A stretch of DNA of 47,084 bases, taken from Lachnospiraceae bacterium. GTDB lineage: Bacteria > Bacillota > Clostridia > Lachnospirales > Lachnospiraceae. Location of the stretch: the NCBI GenBank assembly GCA_017459135.1, contig JAFSZR010000050.1:1-47084 (forward strand). Direction: 5' to 3'. The position numbers and the translations under genes are program-made. The notes beneath the pieces were generated by a model, which worked only from the letters and a program-made list of their open reading frames with translations, ran no database searches and was not told the origin of the DNA. Position 1 is the first letter of the stretch. Every line of letters begins with the position of its first letter. This document shows, piece by piece, positions 28,301 to 38,092 of this stretch.

Positions 28301-29689
28301 CGCATACTCCATTGTACCGCCTGCCGAAACACTACCGGCAGTAACAAGCGTCTGTGATGAACCATTATAGGTCATTGTTTTAGCTGTTGGAGCGGTATAG
28401 GTAGGGTTAACTGTCATTGCAGTTACAATAGGGTTTTGACCGTAACCGTAGTTTTCTCCTACAGAAGTAACTCTATAGTCATTATCTGCTGTCCAAGTTC
28501 CAGCCCTATATCCATAGTCTACCCAAGGACCCGTAAAAATCCAGTTATAATCATTATCAAGGCTTACAGTCTGAACATTTGTCACTTGGCATCCTTTTTT
28601 TATTATATCGCCTACAGAAAGAGCAGTTCCGTCCACAGTACTACTATATGTCGCATCCGTCACCACTATCTCATACTCTACACCATCAACAGTTACCTTC
28701 ATCCACTCTTCCGATGTAAATGCCTGATGTGCAGTCACCGTCCACTCTCCACCTTCATTTGAAGCAGAGAAAAGACTCTCATTACTTACACTGACAGCAG
28801 TTATATCACTGTCTGCTACTGTATTTCCGTCTGCTTTAGTTATTCCAACAAAAGAAAGTATGTCGGTAAGAGCGACTGAACTATCGCCCAGCATTACATA
28901 CTGCTTTTCATCATAAGTAAATTCAACTGTATAGTATGAAAATCCGTCTGACTCAGCTATAACAGCCTGTCCCTCTTCGGTTGTATCAAGGGCTTCGGCA
29001 GAAAGCTCGCCATTTTCCTCTGTTATATGATATACGTCTGCTGTTAAGTTCTCATTTCCTGCCTCTTCCAGTGTAAAGCTTACATTCACTTTTTGTCCGT
29101 CGGCAGGCTGTATTTCATTCCCGTCTTTATCAAGTACCTTTATGTCATAGGTATATGAAGCGGCTACATTTACGTTTTTATCACGTGCCTTATCTACCGC
29201 GTTGTCTACATCCTGCTGTTCCTCTTTTTCAACCTTTAAAACGGAAAGTGTTGCTCCTTCCGGAAATACACCCTCAGGTGCGGTAACCGTGATAACAACT
29301 CCGTCTACTGTCCTCATGTCGGAAAATTCAGGCATGGTTGAAGAATCATCAGTAAATTTATCCAAATCCGCAGCTTCTTCCGCTGTTTCAATCGCTTCCT
29401 CTGAAGCTTCGTCCAAGACTTCAACAGATTCATTTTGCGTGTCATCCGAAACAAATTCTTCTATATCTTCAACAACCTCATCCTGCTCGTCGTCCTCCGA
29501 AGTCTCTTCCGGTAGCTCCGAGGCTTCCTGTACTGTTACATTTTCCGCCTCTTTATTTGACATAGCGAACGCTGTAACATTTGAACCCGGTAAAACTAAA
29601 AGAAGACACATGATAATCGCAATTATCCTTGCCAGCTTCTTATGTTTGCCAAATTCAAATAAGATTTTTTCATAAATCCTGTTTTTCAT
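25355..29689 (-). CDS. N-terminal part of the giant adhesin: signal peptide, acidic region, two YDG-like and several MBG-like Ig domains
   Basis: GGAGG SD; signal peptide ending TAFA; NKVYDRST/DKTYDAGT YDG-like units; ADDKTKIYGTADP, ADDMSKIYGESDP, AANKSKIYGDGNP MBG-like units. Confidence 0.8.
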   Translation of the reverse strand: MKNRIYEKILFEFGKHKKLARIIAIIMCLLLVLPGSNVTAFAMSNKEAENVTVQEASELPEETSEDDEQDEVVEDIEEFVSDDTQNESVEVLDEASEEAIETAEEAADLDKFTDDSSTMPEFSDMRTVDGVVITVTAPEGVFPEGATLSVLKVEKEEQQDVDNAVDKARDKNVNVAASYTYDIKVLDKDGNEIQPADGQKVNVSFTLEEAGNENLTADVYHITEENGELSAEALDTTEEGQAVIAESDGFSYYTVEFTYDEKQYVMLGDSSVALTDILSFVGITKADGNTVADSDITAVSVSNESLFSASNEGGEWTVTAHQAFTSEEWMKVTVDGVEYEIVVTDATYSSTVDGTALSVGDIIKKGCQVTNVQTVSLDNDYNWIFTGPWVDYGYRAGTWTADNDYRVTSVGENYGYGQNPIVTAMTVNPTYTAPTAKTMTYNGSSQTLVTAGSVSAGGTMEYALGEDDGTAPTSGWSETVPSETNKGTYYVWWRINQTSGYYAVTASCLTSSINQATNSWTTSAVKQDDWTFNDTSKALLKTVPVAAYGSITYRYKKDNGSYSSYSSTVPSVKNAGTYTVEYKVDSTTNYTALSGSVSVTVSKAANPLKYNDTQLATGTYSNTSQMLMLSSASNNQGTLSYAINSQKNSSNTAVEYFSLSGSNLTVAANTPAGTYTVVVRATAAGNDNYNSGTKDSTVTVTINKKDITVSGITAGNKVYDRSTAATLDTSGASFNGLLSGDALTVSAIGTFNDMNVGTGKTVTISNLTLGGTSAGNYKLASSGQQTTTTANITAKALTVTADDKTKIYGTADPALTYTYDGLINGDSFTGELSREDGSDVGTYSITQGTLTAGDNYNIAYTSAEFKITKATPNITGLAAKDLTYNKTEQALVTSGTASGGTLLYAMTEKGAAAPSDDDYNEVVPNVMHAGTYTVYYKVAGNSNYEDVAVSSLDVTIKKKDITISGIKANDKTYDAGTAAELDYSDVTYGGIVEGDRLTVTATGTFTDANAAENKTVNIAEITLGGDSINDYQLAASGQQTTATATINKKVVGIDWGTNSFTFNGKNQAPTATATGLVEGDICTVTVSGEQTNVGNYTATASALSNNNYTLPNDTSITEKAFTISPKAVTDGDIVFGNDTGLEAGKYEYTGSEITPTITVTSLLAGDTEATELVIDTDYTVSRDTSAIAVGSHTVRFDFKGNYSGTLYGTWEIVPQTITITADDMSKIYGESDPDEFTFSVSPSTADVEGINFTLSRAEGENAGTYAINVTGPDTIDGCNVTYVTGTFTINKANVTVKAANKSKIYGDGNPELTASVSGLKNNDAESVIVYNLSCDAVENSDAGAYTITASGEAEQGNYNVAYETGTLTISKRRLSNTPFVLNNVSFSWDGNDHSPTPVFKGEGYTCIAGTDFEISGETTANDKGKHTITLRGIGDNFTGNITLD

Positions 29690-29801
29690 TACACTGCACC
29701 TCCATAAAAAAACTTAATACGGCTACGTCGTATCATATGACTCATAATTTACAATTATATGCCTACAATTATATAATATTTTCTGTGATTTTTCCACAAA
29801 A

Positions 29802-29826
29802 AAAATGTGCCCAATTGGCACATTTT
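29802..29826 (-). terminator. Intrinsic terminator after the AAA/PD-(D/E)XK gene
   Basis: AAAATGTGCC/GGCACATTTT stem, extended T run on the minus strand. Confidence 0.7.
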
Positions 29827-29898
29827 CTTATAGCTTAAGAACGGGTGAGTAGTGTTCACCGCTCGGCTGTCTTACTAAATGTCAACTTAAAATCAATA

Positions 29899-31635
29899 TT
29901 ACTTCTCATAAGCTCCCACGATACAGCTCTTTTTACAGAAGCATATTCCGTAAGATTTTACTCCCAAATAACCGTCTTCAAGGACACCTTCTTCATACTT
30001 TTTATCTCTTATCCGATTATAGGCTTCGCGAAGGCCGTCTTCCATATCGTTAAATTTCTTTCTCGTTTTTATCTCAAAGATAATTGCAGGGTCTTTTGGT
30101 CTATCGGGATATAAAACTATATCCGGACGTCCGTCTCCTTCCTCACGATTGGACTGTGGCATATAATTAGGCGTTCCGTAAAGGAGTGACAGGAAAAATT
30201 CATGATAAAATGATTCTTCACTGTCAAATGTACTTATGCTCCTTGCAAGCAGGCTGCTCACATAATTTTCTATCGCATCGGTATCTCCTTCAAGCACTGC
30301 CTTATGAAGCACACTCCTGTCTTCACTTTTTACCTGCTTTTCAAACCAGCTTCTTATCTGTGTTTCATATATACTTGCTATCTCAGCATTAGGTATTTTC
30401 ATCGTAAGATATATATATTTATCCTCTCTTCTTTCCGATACCTTTCTCATATATCCTGTAAAGAAAAGGAAGTTCCAGAGGTTATCCTCTGACTCATGTA
30501 TATCGTCATATGTGATATCCTCATGTATTTTCTTTTCTATCGTTCCGTCGTTTATAAGTATATCAAGCTCCCGCTTCATCTCATCATCAGCATGCCATAT
30601 CATATCCTTGATTATCTGATTAGATGAGGTATGTGCCCAAAACGGTCTTGGAAATTTTCTCTTGTCATTTACTATCGAATCCACGTAGCTTATGACACTC
30701 CACGGATTATAGATTTCTTTATCTCCAAAAAGATATCCATTATACCACTCCTTAGCTTCATCAAGCCTCTTCTCCAAACCGTAATCAATAAGCATGTTTT
30801 GGGTTTCTTTTTCCGTAAAACCAAAACCTTCTGAAAATGTTTCATCCATTACGGAATTAATTTTTAAATGATTAAGCCCGGTAAATATACTTTCCTTACT
30901 TATTCTAAGACAACCTGTAACAACTGCCCTTTCCAACGCATCATTGGTCTTAAGTGCCGACTCAAAAAGCGAACGTATAAAGCCTACCATCTCATCATAA
31001 AAGCCTTCGTAGTAGGCATTCTCAAGTGGTACATCATATTCATCAAGAAGGATTATTACATTTTCGTTATGATATTCCTTTAGTGCATCTGAAAGAGTTT
31101 TTAGTGCTGTTGAATATCGGGCAATTTCAGCATTTTTCTTTTCATCGGTATCCAATTCGTGATCATCTGCAGGAACAATAAGATTTTCAAGCATTATTCT
31201 GTCATTTTCCGAAAGTACCTCATTTTTCCAAAGATAAGAATGTCTCTTATATTCACTGATAATCTCGTCCCTTAATTTTTTAAATGCCGTAAGATAGTCA
31301 TTCTGCTTCGCCGATTTAAGCGAAAGCTTGATAACAGGATATTTACCCATCATGGAAAGAATCTTCTCATCTGCCTCCATAATCTTCTTTCCCTCAAAAT
31401 ACTTTTCCTTATCTATAACATTTCCGTCTCTATCATATTCCAGTTCAAAAAATGTACGGAGCATGGAAAGTGCAAGTGTCTTACCAAATCGTCTCGGGCG
31501 AGTGAATAGGGTTACCATTCCACCCTTTTCAACCACATCGCTTATAAGCATGGTTTTATCTATATAGTATATATCATCATCTATCATTCGTTTGTAATCT
31601 TCATATCCTATGCCAATCTTTTTCAAACTGCGCAC
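29899..31635 (-). CDS. AAA-like ATPase with C-terminal PD-(D/E)XK nuclease domain
   Basis: YIDKT, RPRRFGKT Walker A, LLDEYD Walker B, YNPWS, GRPDI...IFEIK nuclease motif; GTG start. Confidence 0.92.
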   Translation of the reverse strand: MRSLKKIGIGYEDYKRMIDDDIYYIDKTMLISDVVEKGGMVTLFTRPRRFGKTLALSMLRTFFELEYDRDGNVIDKEKYFEGKKIMEADEKILSMMGKYPVIKLSLKSAKQNDYLTAFKKLRDEIISEYKRHSYLWKNEVLSENDRIMLENLIVPADDHELDTDEKKNAEIARYSTALKTLSDALKEYHNENVIILLDEYDVPLENAYYEGFYDEMVGFIRSLFESALKTNDALERAVVTGCLRISKESIFTGLNHLKINSVMDETFSEGFGFTEKETQNMLIDYGLEKRLDEAKEWYNGYLFGDKEIYNPWSVISYVDSIVNDKRKFPRPFWAHTSSNQIIKDMIWHADDEMKRELDILINDGTIEKKIHEDITYDDIHESEDNLWNFLFFTGYMRKVSERREDKYIYLTMKIPNAEIASIYETQIRSWFEKQVKSEDRSVLHKAVLEGDTDAIENYVSSLLARSISTFDSEESFYHEFFLSLLYGTPNYMPQSNREEGDGRPDIVLYPDRPKDPAIIFEIKTRKKFNDMEDGLREAYNRIRDKKYEEGVLEDGYLGVKSYGICFCKKSCIVGAYEK

Positions 31636-31780
31636 ATCCTCGCTTGGTCATTTTTCTAAAATACAGCTTACAAATCATTTTACCTTATGAATATATTTTT
31701 TACAATACATAAAGAATTAAAAAAAATCTATAAATCCGCCTTAATTTAATAATTCGACATTACTCCATACTCGAAGCATA

Positions 31781-32089
31781 TCGGCTGAATATGAGTATAC
31801 CTGCCTGATTGCAGAACCAAATCGGTTCAGGGGATATATAGGTATATAAAAGGGCCGTTGTGAGACGTGTTCACTTAGCGAGAATAAGGAAGTTCAGGGT
31901 AAAAAAAGAAAGAGATGAGGAATTTTCGTTCACGAAAAATTTCCATCTCTTTCTTTTTTGAACTGAGTTATTTGAGGTTAGTGAGCCTACGTCAAGCATC
32001 AAGCGAAAGCGCGCCCTGATATACCTATATATCCCTGTGCCGCTCATAGCCCTATATTCCAAGCGAGCATGCCCTGCTTATTCAGCCGA
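31781..32089 (+). repeat. Nested palindromic intergenic element B (about 310 bp), related to element A
   Basis: Concentric arms: 11 bp TCGGCTGAATA (31781/32079), 17 bp GGGATATATAGGTATAT (31831/32019), AGGGC/GCCCT, GACGT/ACGTC, GTTCACT/AGTGAGC, 16 bp AAAAAAGAAAGAGATG (31902/31944). Confidence 0.85.
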
Positions 32090-32113
32090 CCACCTCAAAC
32101 TGTATATATATAA

Positions 32114-33469
32114 TTACTTTCCAAGTCTTGCAAGAAGCTCAGCTCTTCTCTCTTCGTTGCCCGGCTTGCCAAGAAGTGCAAACATGTTCTTCTTGTAGCT
32201 TTCAACACCCGGCTGGTTAAATGGATTAACACCGAGAACGTATCCGCTTACACCACATGCAAACTCAAATACGTAGAAGAGCTCACCGATTGTGATTTCA
32301 TCTATCTTGTCGATATCCACTCTGATGTTAGGAATACCGCCGTCAACGTGTGCAAGAATAGTTCCGTTCATGGCACACTTATTTACGAAGTCAACAGTCT
32401 GACCTGTAAGGTAGTTAAGACCGTCAAGATCAACAGGCTCCTCTTCCATGATAACTGTCTCTCTTGAATTAAGAACATTAATTACAGTCTCGTAATGATT
32501 CTGAGTACCCTCCTGAATAAACTGTCCGAGTGAATGAAGGTCGGTAGTTAAATCTACAGCGGTTGGGAAAATACCCTTTCCGTCCTTACCCTCGCTCTCT
32601 CCATAAAGCTGCTTCCACCACTCAGAAACATAATGGAGTGAAGGCTCATAGTTAGCAAGGATCTCCATACCGAGACCTTTCTCATGAAGCACATTTCTGA
32701 CTGCTGCATACTTTAATGCATCGTTGTTGTCAAAGTCATCGTTAATGCAGTACTCTCTTGCATTTGCAGCACCCTGCATAAGCTTATCTATATCAGCTCC
32801 GCTTACAGCTATAGGAAGTAAACCAACTGCTGTAAGAACAGAGAAACGACCACCTACATCATCAGGTACTACGAAAGTCTCATAACCTTCCTCTGTTGCA
32901 AGAGTCTTAAGAGCTCCCTTAGCCTTGTCGGTAGTTGCGTAAATTCTCTTAGCAGCCTCTTCCTTACCATACTTAGCTTCAAGCTTCTTCTTGAAGATTC
33001 TGAATGCGATTGCAGGCTCTGTGGTTGTACCTGACTTAGAAATAACATTTACCGAAAAATCCTTGTCAGCGATTGCATCCATAAGGTTTGAAAGATATGT
33101 ACTGCTGATGTTGTTACCGCAGTAATAAATCTCAGGAGTCTTGCGAACCTCTTTTGTTACCGAATTATAGAAAGAATGACGAAGCGCTTCGATAGCAGCT
33201 CTTGCTCCGAGGTATGAACCACCGATACCGATAACCACGAGTACCTCTGAATCACTCTGAATCTTTGCTGCTGCCTTCTTGATTCTGTCAAACTCTTCCT
33301 TATCGTAATCTACAGGAAGATCAATCCATCCGAGGAAATCATTTCCTTCACCTGTCTTCTCAAGAAGAGTCTTCTTTGCAGCCGCTACTCTTTCGCTCAT
33401 AGCTGCAACATCACTCTTTGAAGCCTTAAACTCAGTGTTGCTGAAATCAAACTTTACTGTCTTAGCCAT
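32114..33469 (-). CDS. pgi: Glucose-6-phosphate isomerase
   Basis: [43 protein letters not shown]. Confidence 0.97.
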   Translation of the reverse strand: MAKTVKFDFSNTEFKASKSDVAAMSERVAAAKKTLLEKTGEGNDFLGWIDLPVDYDKEEFDRIKKAAAKIQSDSEVLVVIGIGGSYLGARAAIEALRHSFYNSVTKEVRKTPEIYYCGNNISSTYLSNLMDAIADKDFSVNVISKSGTTTEPAIAFRIFKKKLEAKYGKEEAAKRIYATTDKAKGALKTLATEEGYETFVVPDDVGGRFSVLTAVGLLPIAVSGADIDKLMQGAANAREYCINDDFDNNDALKYAAVRNVLHEKGLGMEILANYEPSLHYVSEWWKQLYGESEGKDGKGIFPTAVDLTTDLHSLGQFIQEGTQNHYETVINVLNSRETVIMEEEPVDLDGLNYLTGQTVDFVNKCAMNGTILAHVDGGIPNIRVDIDKIDEITIGELFYVFEFACGVSGYVLGVNPFNQPGVESYKKNMFALLGKPGNEERRAELLARLGK

Positions 33470-33513
33470 AATATATCTCCTTATCTTAATTAATTAAAAA
33501 TCAACTAAGCCCT

Positions 33514-33542
33514 ATTTTATCATTTACATCTTATTAATACAA
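33514..33542 (-). promoter_or_regulatory. Sigma-A promoter of pgi
   Basis: TTGTAT-N17-TAAAAT with extended TG. Confidence 0.65.
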
Positions 33543-33576
33543 GGAAAAAATTACAGCAAAAACAACGGATTTTTTG

Positions 33577-34500
33577 TTAATTTAGCTCATTCAGGCTCGC
33601 AAAACGATAGCCTTCCGCCTTCAGATTTTCTATAACGGTTTTTAAAGCCTCCGCATTTGAAGAAGAAACGTTATGCATAAGGATAATCGCACCGTTGTGG
33701 TGATACTTGTTAAAGTGATTTATTACGTAATCGGCACCCGGTTGATTATCCACATCATAATCCAGATACGCCATACTCCAAAAAACGGTTTTATAGCCTA
33801 AGTCACGGGTTATCGCAAGGGTTCTCTCGCTGTATTCTCCGCATGGCGGGCGAAGGTACGGATCCATATCATATCCGGTTGCCTCCTTCATATATTCCGC
33901 ACAGCCGCAAATCTCCTTTTGAATTTCCTCATATGACTTCGTCGGTAATGACGGATGGGTTATGGTGTGATTGCCAACCTGGTGCCCCTCTTCTTTCATC
34001 CTCTTTGTCAAATCTATGTTATCTCTTATATAAGTTTTGGTTACAAAAAAACACGCAGGAACATTTTCTTCGGATAAAACATCAAGGATTTGTCCCGTAT
34101 ATCCGTTCTCATATCCGCAATCAAAGGTAAGGTATAATACCTTATCGCTCTCATCGGCATTTAAGTCCAGATACCATGCATCATAATCCGAAAGATTAAC
34201 CTTATCATCGCAGCCACTCGGACCGTGATTGCCATCTCTTTTAAACCACCACGCAAGTTTTTCGTTACTGTAGTCATAATAACATTCTTTTTCGTGAAGA
34301 TCGCTTACTATAGGATATTGCAAATATCTCGGATTTATATTTTCATTATCTTCATCTTCAATTAAAGTCACTTTAACATATTCACCGCTTTGAATATTAT
34401 CTGCCTTATATTTTATATAGCTTCGACCGTTTATTAGCCACAAAGCAAGCATAATACCGACTACAGTCAAAATAATCTTTATAAATATTAGTTTTTTCAA
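33577..34500 (-). CDS. pdaA: Polysaccharide deacetylase, PdaA (muramic delta-lactam) family
   Basis: LYLTFDCGYENG, GNHTITHP, RPPCG, FWSMAY, IILMH; N-terminal anchor. Confidence 0.8.
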   Translation of the reverse strand: MKKLIFIKIILTVVGIMLALWLINGRSYIKYKADNIQSGEYVKVTLIEDEDNENINPRYLQYPIVSDLHEKECYYDYSNEKLAWWFKRDGNHGPSGCDDKVNLSDYDAWYLDLNADESDKVLYLTFDCGYENGYTGQILDVLSEENVPACFFVTKTYIRDNIDLTKRMKEEGHQVGNHTITHPSLPTKSYEEIQKEICGCAEYMKEATGYDMDPYLRPPCGEYSERTLAITRDLGYKTVFWSMAYLDYDVDNQPGADYVINHFNKYHHNGAIILMHNVSSSNAEALKTVIENLKAEGYRFASLNELN

Positions 34501-35165
34501 GAAAAGAATTCCTTAAGAAAGCTGTTTAATACTGCCTCATCGGATTCCGTATCGTCCTCCGACACGCTCTTTATATGCGGCGTTGCATCTATTACGTTGT
34601 CGGCCTGCACATCCTTAAGTACAGGCTCCGGTTTGGTAATGATATCGACAGTATTTTTCGGGCAGCCCGGAACATTATCCAGATAATCCCTTATATTTGC
34701 TTTCAATATCTCCAATTTATTATTTATTAAAAATATATTCTCAACAATCATTAAAAATGCACAAACGCATATACCGTTTGCTATAAGTTCAACCATCTCG
34801 GGGCTTCCCCTCCATGATACATCGTTATACAAAAACGCTCCCGAAACCATACCCGCTATCCCAAGCGACAGAAGAAGTCCCGTCCGCCGCCATACATAAA
34901 GCGGAAATCCCAGATACCGCATGCTTCTGACGTTTTTGTCAACGAACGAAGCGCTGCTTCCCGTATTGATTCCGAGGCTTTTTCCGTTTATATATTTTAA
35001 TCTCATTATCCTGAGAGCTCTTCTTTTGGTAGTTGCCATATTTCCGGAGGCTTTAATCATTCTTTTCATATGTATGTTTGCCATCAGTTTAAGAACAAGT
35101 CCCAATGCTCCCATGCCCCAAAGAATGTATACGCTCATTTCAAATCCCGGATTTAAATCAAACAT
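34497..35165 (-). CDS. Hypothetical membrane protein (about three TM segments)
   Basis: Hydrophobic segments; ATGA overlap with pdaA; ATG 35165 follows AAAGAGGG (ORF-track start 35183). Confidence 0.75.
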   Translation of the reverse strand: MFDLNPGFEMSVYILWGMGALGLVLKLMANIHMKRMIKASGNMATTKRRALRIMRLKYINGKSLGINTGSSASFVDKNVRSMRYLGFPLYVWRRTGLLLSLGIAGMVSGAFLYNDVSWRGSPEMVELIANGICVCAFLMIVENIFLINNKLEILKANIRDYLDNVPGCPKNTVDIITKPEPVLKDVQADNVIDATPHIKSVSEDDTESDEAVLNSFLKEFFS

Positions 35166-35491
35166 TTTATATCCCTCTTTCATATAATATTATTATACGG
35201 AAAACATAATAAAACTCTTATCATGACCCGGTGATGCCCTCCACATCCGGCATCCGAAATATTATTTGGCCGTAAGACTTTGATATAAATCCCGTATAAC
35301 TTTGCGGTGATTATAAGGAAGATTAACTTAAGAAATCAAGACGGATTTTGATGCAATATTACGATAAATTGCGACATAAAATATTACTTTAATGTGAAGT
35401 ATTTATATGTTATACTTAATGAACGATGAGAGACAAAGCACTTAACAGTGTGATTTCACAATTTACTTTAAACTTATTTCAGGAGGCTTAA

Positions 35492-36628
35492 ATGAAGAAA
35501 ATAGTTCTCACGGGCGGAGGAACCGCCGGACATGTAACTCCGAATATTGCCCTTATTCCGACTCTTAAAGAAAAGGGATACGAAATACATTACATAGGTT
35601 CATATAACGGAATAGAGAAAAAGCTTATTGAAGAGCTTGATATTCCTTATTACGGAATCGCTACCGGAAAGCTCAGACGATATCTGAGTCTTAAGAACTT
35701 AACCGACCCGTTTAAGGTTATTAAGGGACTTAATGAAGTTGGACGAATATTAAGAAAGATTAAGCCCGATGTGGTATTCTCAAAAGGAGGTTTCGTTGCG
35801 GTTCCCGTTGTGGTTGCTGCACACGCCTTAAGAATACCATGTATTATCCACGAGTCCGATATGACTCCGGGACTTGCAAACAAAATTGCAATACCGCGTG
35901 CATCAAAGGTATGCTGTAATTTCCCGGAAACCTTGGATAAGCTTCCTGCAGGAAAAGCGGTAGTAACCGGAACTCCTATCAGAAAAGAATTATTTGAAGG
36001 TGATTCTGCAAGAGCAATGACATTTTGCGGTTTCAAGGAAACCCGTCCTACACTCCTTATCGTGGGCGGTAGTACCGGAAGTGTCCGCGTAAACGAAGCG
36101 ATATGGTCCTGCCTTGATGAGATAACCAAGAAATATAATGTTATCCATCTTTGCGGAAAGGATAAAACCAATAAGGATAAGCCAAATACAGAAAACTATG
36201 TTCAGTTCGAGTATATCAAATCGGAGCTTGCCGATTTGCTCTCGCTTGCCGATGTTGTCGTATCTCGTGCAGGCGCAAATGCAATCTGCGAATTACTCGC
36301 TTTAAAGAAGCCGGCAGTACTTATACCGCTTTCGCTTGAAGCAAGCCGAGGCGACCAGATTCTCAATGCCAGATCCTTTGAAAAGAGCGGCTACTCAAAG
36401 CTTTTGGAGGAAGAAAATGTAAATGATACTTCATTACTTGAAGCCATTAACGAAGTTTATGACAACCGTGAAAAATATATAAATGCCATGAACACAGCTC
36501 ATCAAACCGATGCAATTACCAAGATTGTGGGTCTTATCGAAGAAACAGCCGAAAGCAAAAAAGCTAAAAAGGCTAAATCAAGCAAAAAGAAAAAAGATGA
36601 AAAAGACAACGAAGCTTCAGAAAACTAA
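35492..36628 (+). CDS. murG: Lipid II GlcNAc transferase MurG
   Basis: GGGTAGHV, KGGFV, HESD, GGSTG, SRAGA, DQILNA. Confidence 0.96.
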   Translation: MKKIVLTGGGTAGHVTPNIALIPTLKEKGYEIHYIGSYNGIEKKLIEELDIPYYGIATGKLRRYLSLKNLTDPFKVIKGLNEVGRILRKIKPDVVFSKGGFVAVPVVVAAHALRIPCIIHESDMTPGLANKIAIPRASKVCCNFPETLDKLPAGKAVVTGTPIRKELFEGDSARAMTFCGFKETRPTLLIVGGSTGSVRVNEAIWSCLDEITKKYNVIHLCGKDKTNKDKPNTENYVQFEYIKSELADLLSLADVVVSRAGANAICELLALKKPAVLIPLSLEASRGDQILNARSFEKSGYSKLLEEENVNDTSLLEAINEVYDNREKYINAMNTAHQTDAITKIVGLIEETAESKKAKKAKSSKKKKDEKDNEASEN

Positions 36629-36648
36629 AATATAAAACAATTCAAAGC

Positions 36649-36675
36649 AAAAACACCGGCGCTGCCGGTGTTTTT
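36649..36675. terminator. Bidirectional terminator between murG and trkA
   Basis: 12-bp perfect stem AAAAACACCGGC/GCCGGTGTTTTT. Confidence 0.9.
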
Positions 36676-36703
36676 ATTATAGTCTATATTAAATAAACAG
36701 TAT

Positions 36704-38071
36704 TTAATTAAATACATCATTAAGACTTTCAATATGATTCTTTGAATCCGTTACAACGGTTACAAGATCACCTTTTTGAATAAAGTTATCTCCCTTAGGT
36801 AAGATAAGCTCTCCGTCACGATAAATTGCAATAATCAACGCATTCTTCTTAATATTAAGTCTGACATCCTTAAACGGTACATTCATCTTTTTAAAGCCGT
36901 CCTTTGCCGTAAACAGTAAAAGCTCGGCCTTGTTATTTGCTATTGCCATATATTTTTCTATATCGTTTTCGTCAGACTTAACCTCAATGTTTTTAATGAA
37001 ATTAATCATCTTGCTGACTGCGATTTCGGAATACGACAATATAATATCAAGATTAATCTTGTGCAAAAGCGGAAGTGTTCCGAGAGCATTGATTTTAGTC
37101 AAAATGGACGGTACGCTTCTTGACCATGCATACATACTCGTTACAAGATTGGTTTCATCCACATCGGTTAATGAAAGATATGCATCCGTTTTGGAGATTT
37201 TCTCATCTTCCAATATCTCGTCCATATCTCCCTCACCGTAGGAAACATGAATTGTCGGATACTCTTCCATAAGTTCCTTGCATTTGTTCAAATCACTCTC
37301 AATTACGGTGATGCTTTTTTTATCATGCAAAAGCATATCTATAAGATACTTTGTCGTTACTCCGCCACCCATTATCATAACTTTTTTTGCGGCATTTCTG
37401 ACTATTCCCATTTTTTGAAGCAAACCGAGAATTTCAGCATCTCGTCCTATCAAGCCTATCCTGTCGCCATGACTTAAAACGAAATCTCCTTTAGGTATAT
37501 ATACCTTATCTCCGCGAAGTACAAAGCTTATAACGATATCTGCATTTAATTCCCTCTTAATACTCACAACCTTTTTATCTTTTATAGGCGAATCTTCCGT
37601 TACGGAAAGCGTAATCATTCCCATATCATTTAAAAATGAACCTTGCGATTTTACGAAACTCGGGAATCCAATCGAATGTGCAGCAAGCTCCGCCATCGCA
37701 TAACTTGGATTGAGTATATAATCTATGCTGTGTTCTTTTTCTATCTCTTTTCTGTTGGCAGCAAAATCAGGTTGATCCACTCTTGCTACGGTATAGCTGA
37801 CTCCGACAGCTTTTGCCTCCACACAGCTTAAAAGATTTATCTCATCAACAGGCGTAACCGCAATCAATATATCAGCAGAATCCGCACCTGCCTTGATCAA
37901 AGTTTCTCTTGAAGCTCCGCTTCCGACAATTCCGTTTACACTATATCTGTCCGTTATTGATTCTATTAACTCTTTTTGTTTTTCTATTACGGTAACATCA
38001 TAGCTTTTTGCCGTTAAAGCTTTTACCAATGCGGTTCCGGTTCTTCCGCAGCCCACGATAATGATTTTCAT
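36704..38071 (-). CDS. trkA: TrkA-type potassium transport regulatory subunit (two RCK domains)
   Basis: IIIVGCGRTG and IMGGG Rossmann motifs, DEINL/DETNL, duplicated RCK_N-RCK_C. Confidence 0.85.
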   Translation of the reverse strand: MKIIIVGCGRTGTALVKALTAKSYDVTVIEKQKELIESITDRYSVNGIVGSGASRETLIKAGADSADILIAVTPVDEINLLSCVEAKAVGVSYTVARVDQPDFAANRKEIEKEHSIDYILNPSYAMAELAAHSIGFPSFVKSQGSFLNDMGMITLSVTEDSPIKDKKVVSIKRELNADIVISFVLRGDKVYIPKGDFVLSHGDRIGLIGRDAEILGLLQKMGIVRNAAKKVMIMGGGVTTKYLIDMLLHDKKSITVIESDLNKCKELMEEYPTIHVSYGEGDMDEILEDEKISKTDAYLSLTDVDETNLVTSMYAWSRSVPSILTKINALGTLPLLHKINLDIILSYSEIAVSKMINFIKNIEVKSDENDIEKYMAIANNKAELLLFTAKDGFKKMNVPFKDVRLNIKKNALIIAIYRDGELILPKGDNFIQKGDLVTVVTDSKNHIESLNDVFN

Positions 38072-38092
38072 ATGTCAGTCCTCCTGTGTTCT

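Larger units (their letters stand above)
22196..29689 (-). pseudogene. Giant repetitive surface adhesin (about 2497 codons) interrupted by one in-frame TGA at 25355..25357
   Basis: The 63 codons between the two ORFs are open and in frame (NITLD*YITSVGDTTVIYNGQQQTL...YKDAGTYEIEYK...NPMYPDY); the downstream ATG has no SD or signal peptide. Confidence 0.8.

Noticed and set aside
31871-32062. 63-aa minus-strand ORF
   Set aside because: Lies wholly within palindromic element B; no SD or protein-like features
35190-35490. Possible riboswitch or sRNA in the divergent intergenic region before murG
   Set aside because: Only a 6-bp hairpin (GATGCC/GGCATC, 35233..35254); no recognisable aptamer or terminator
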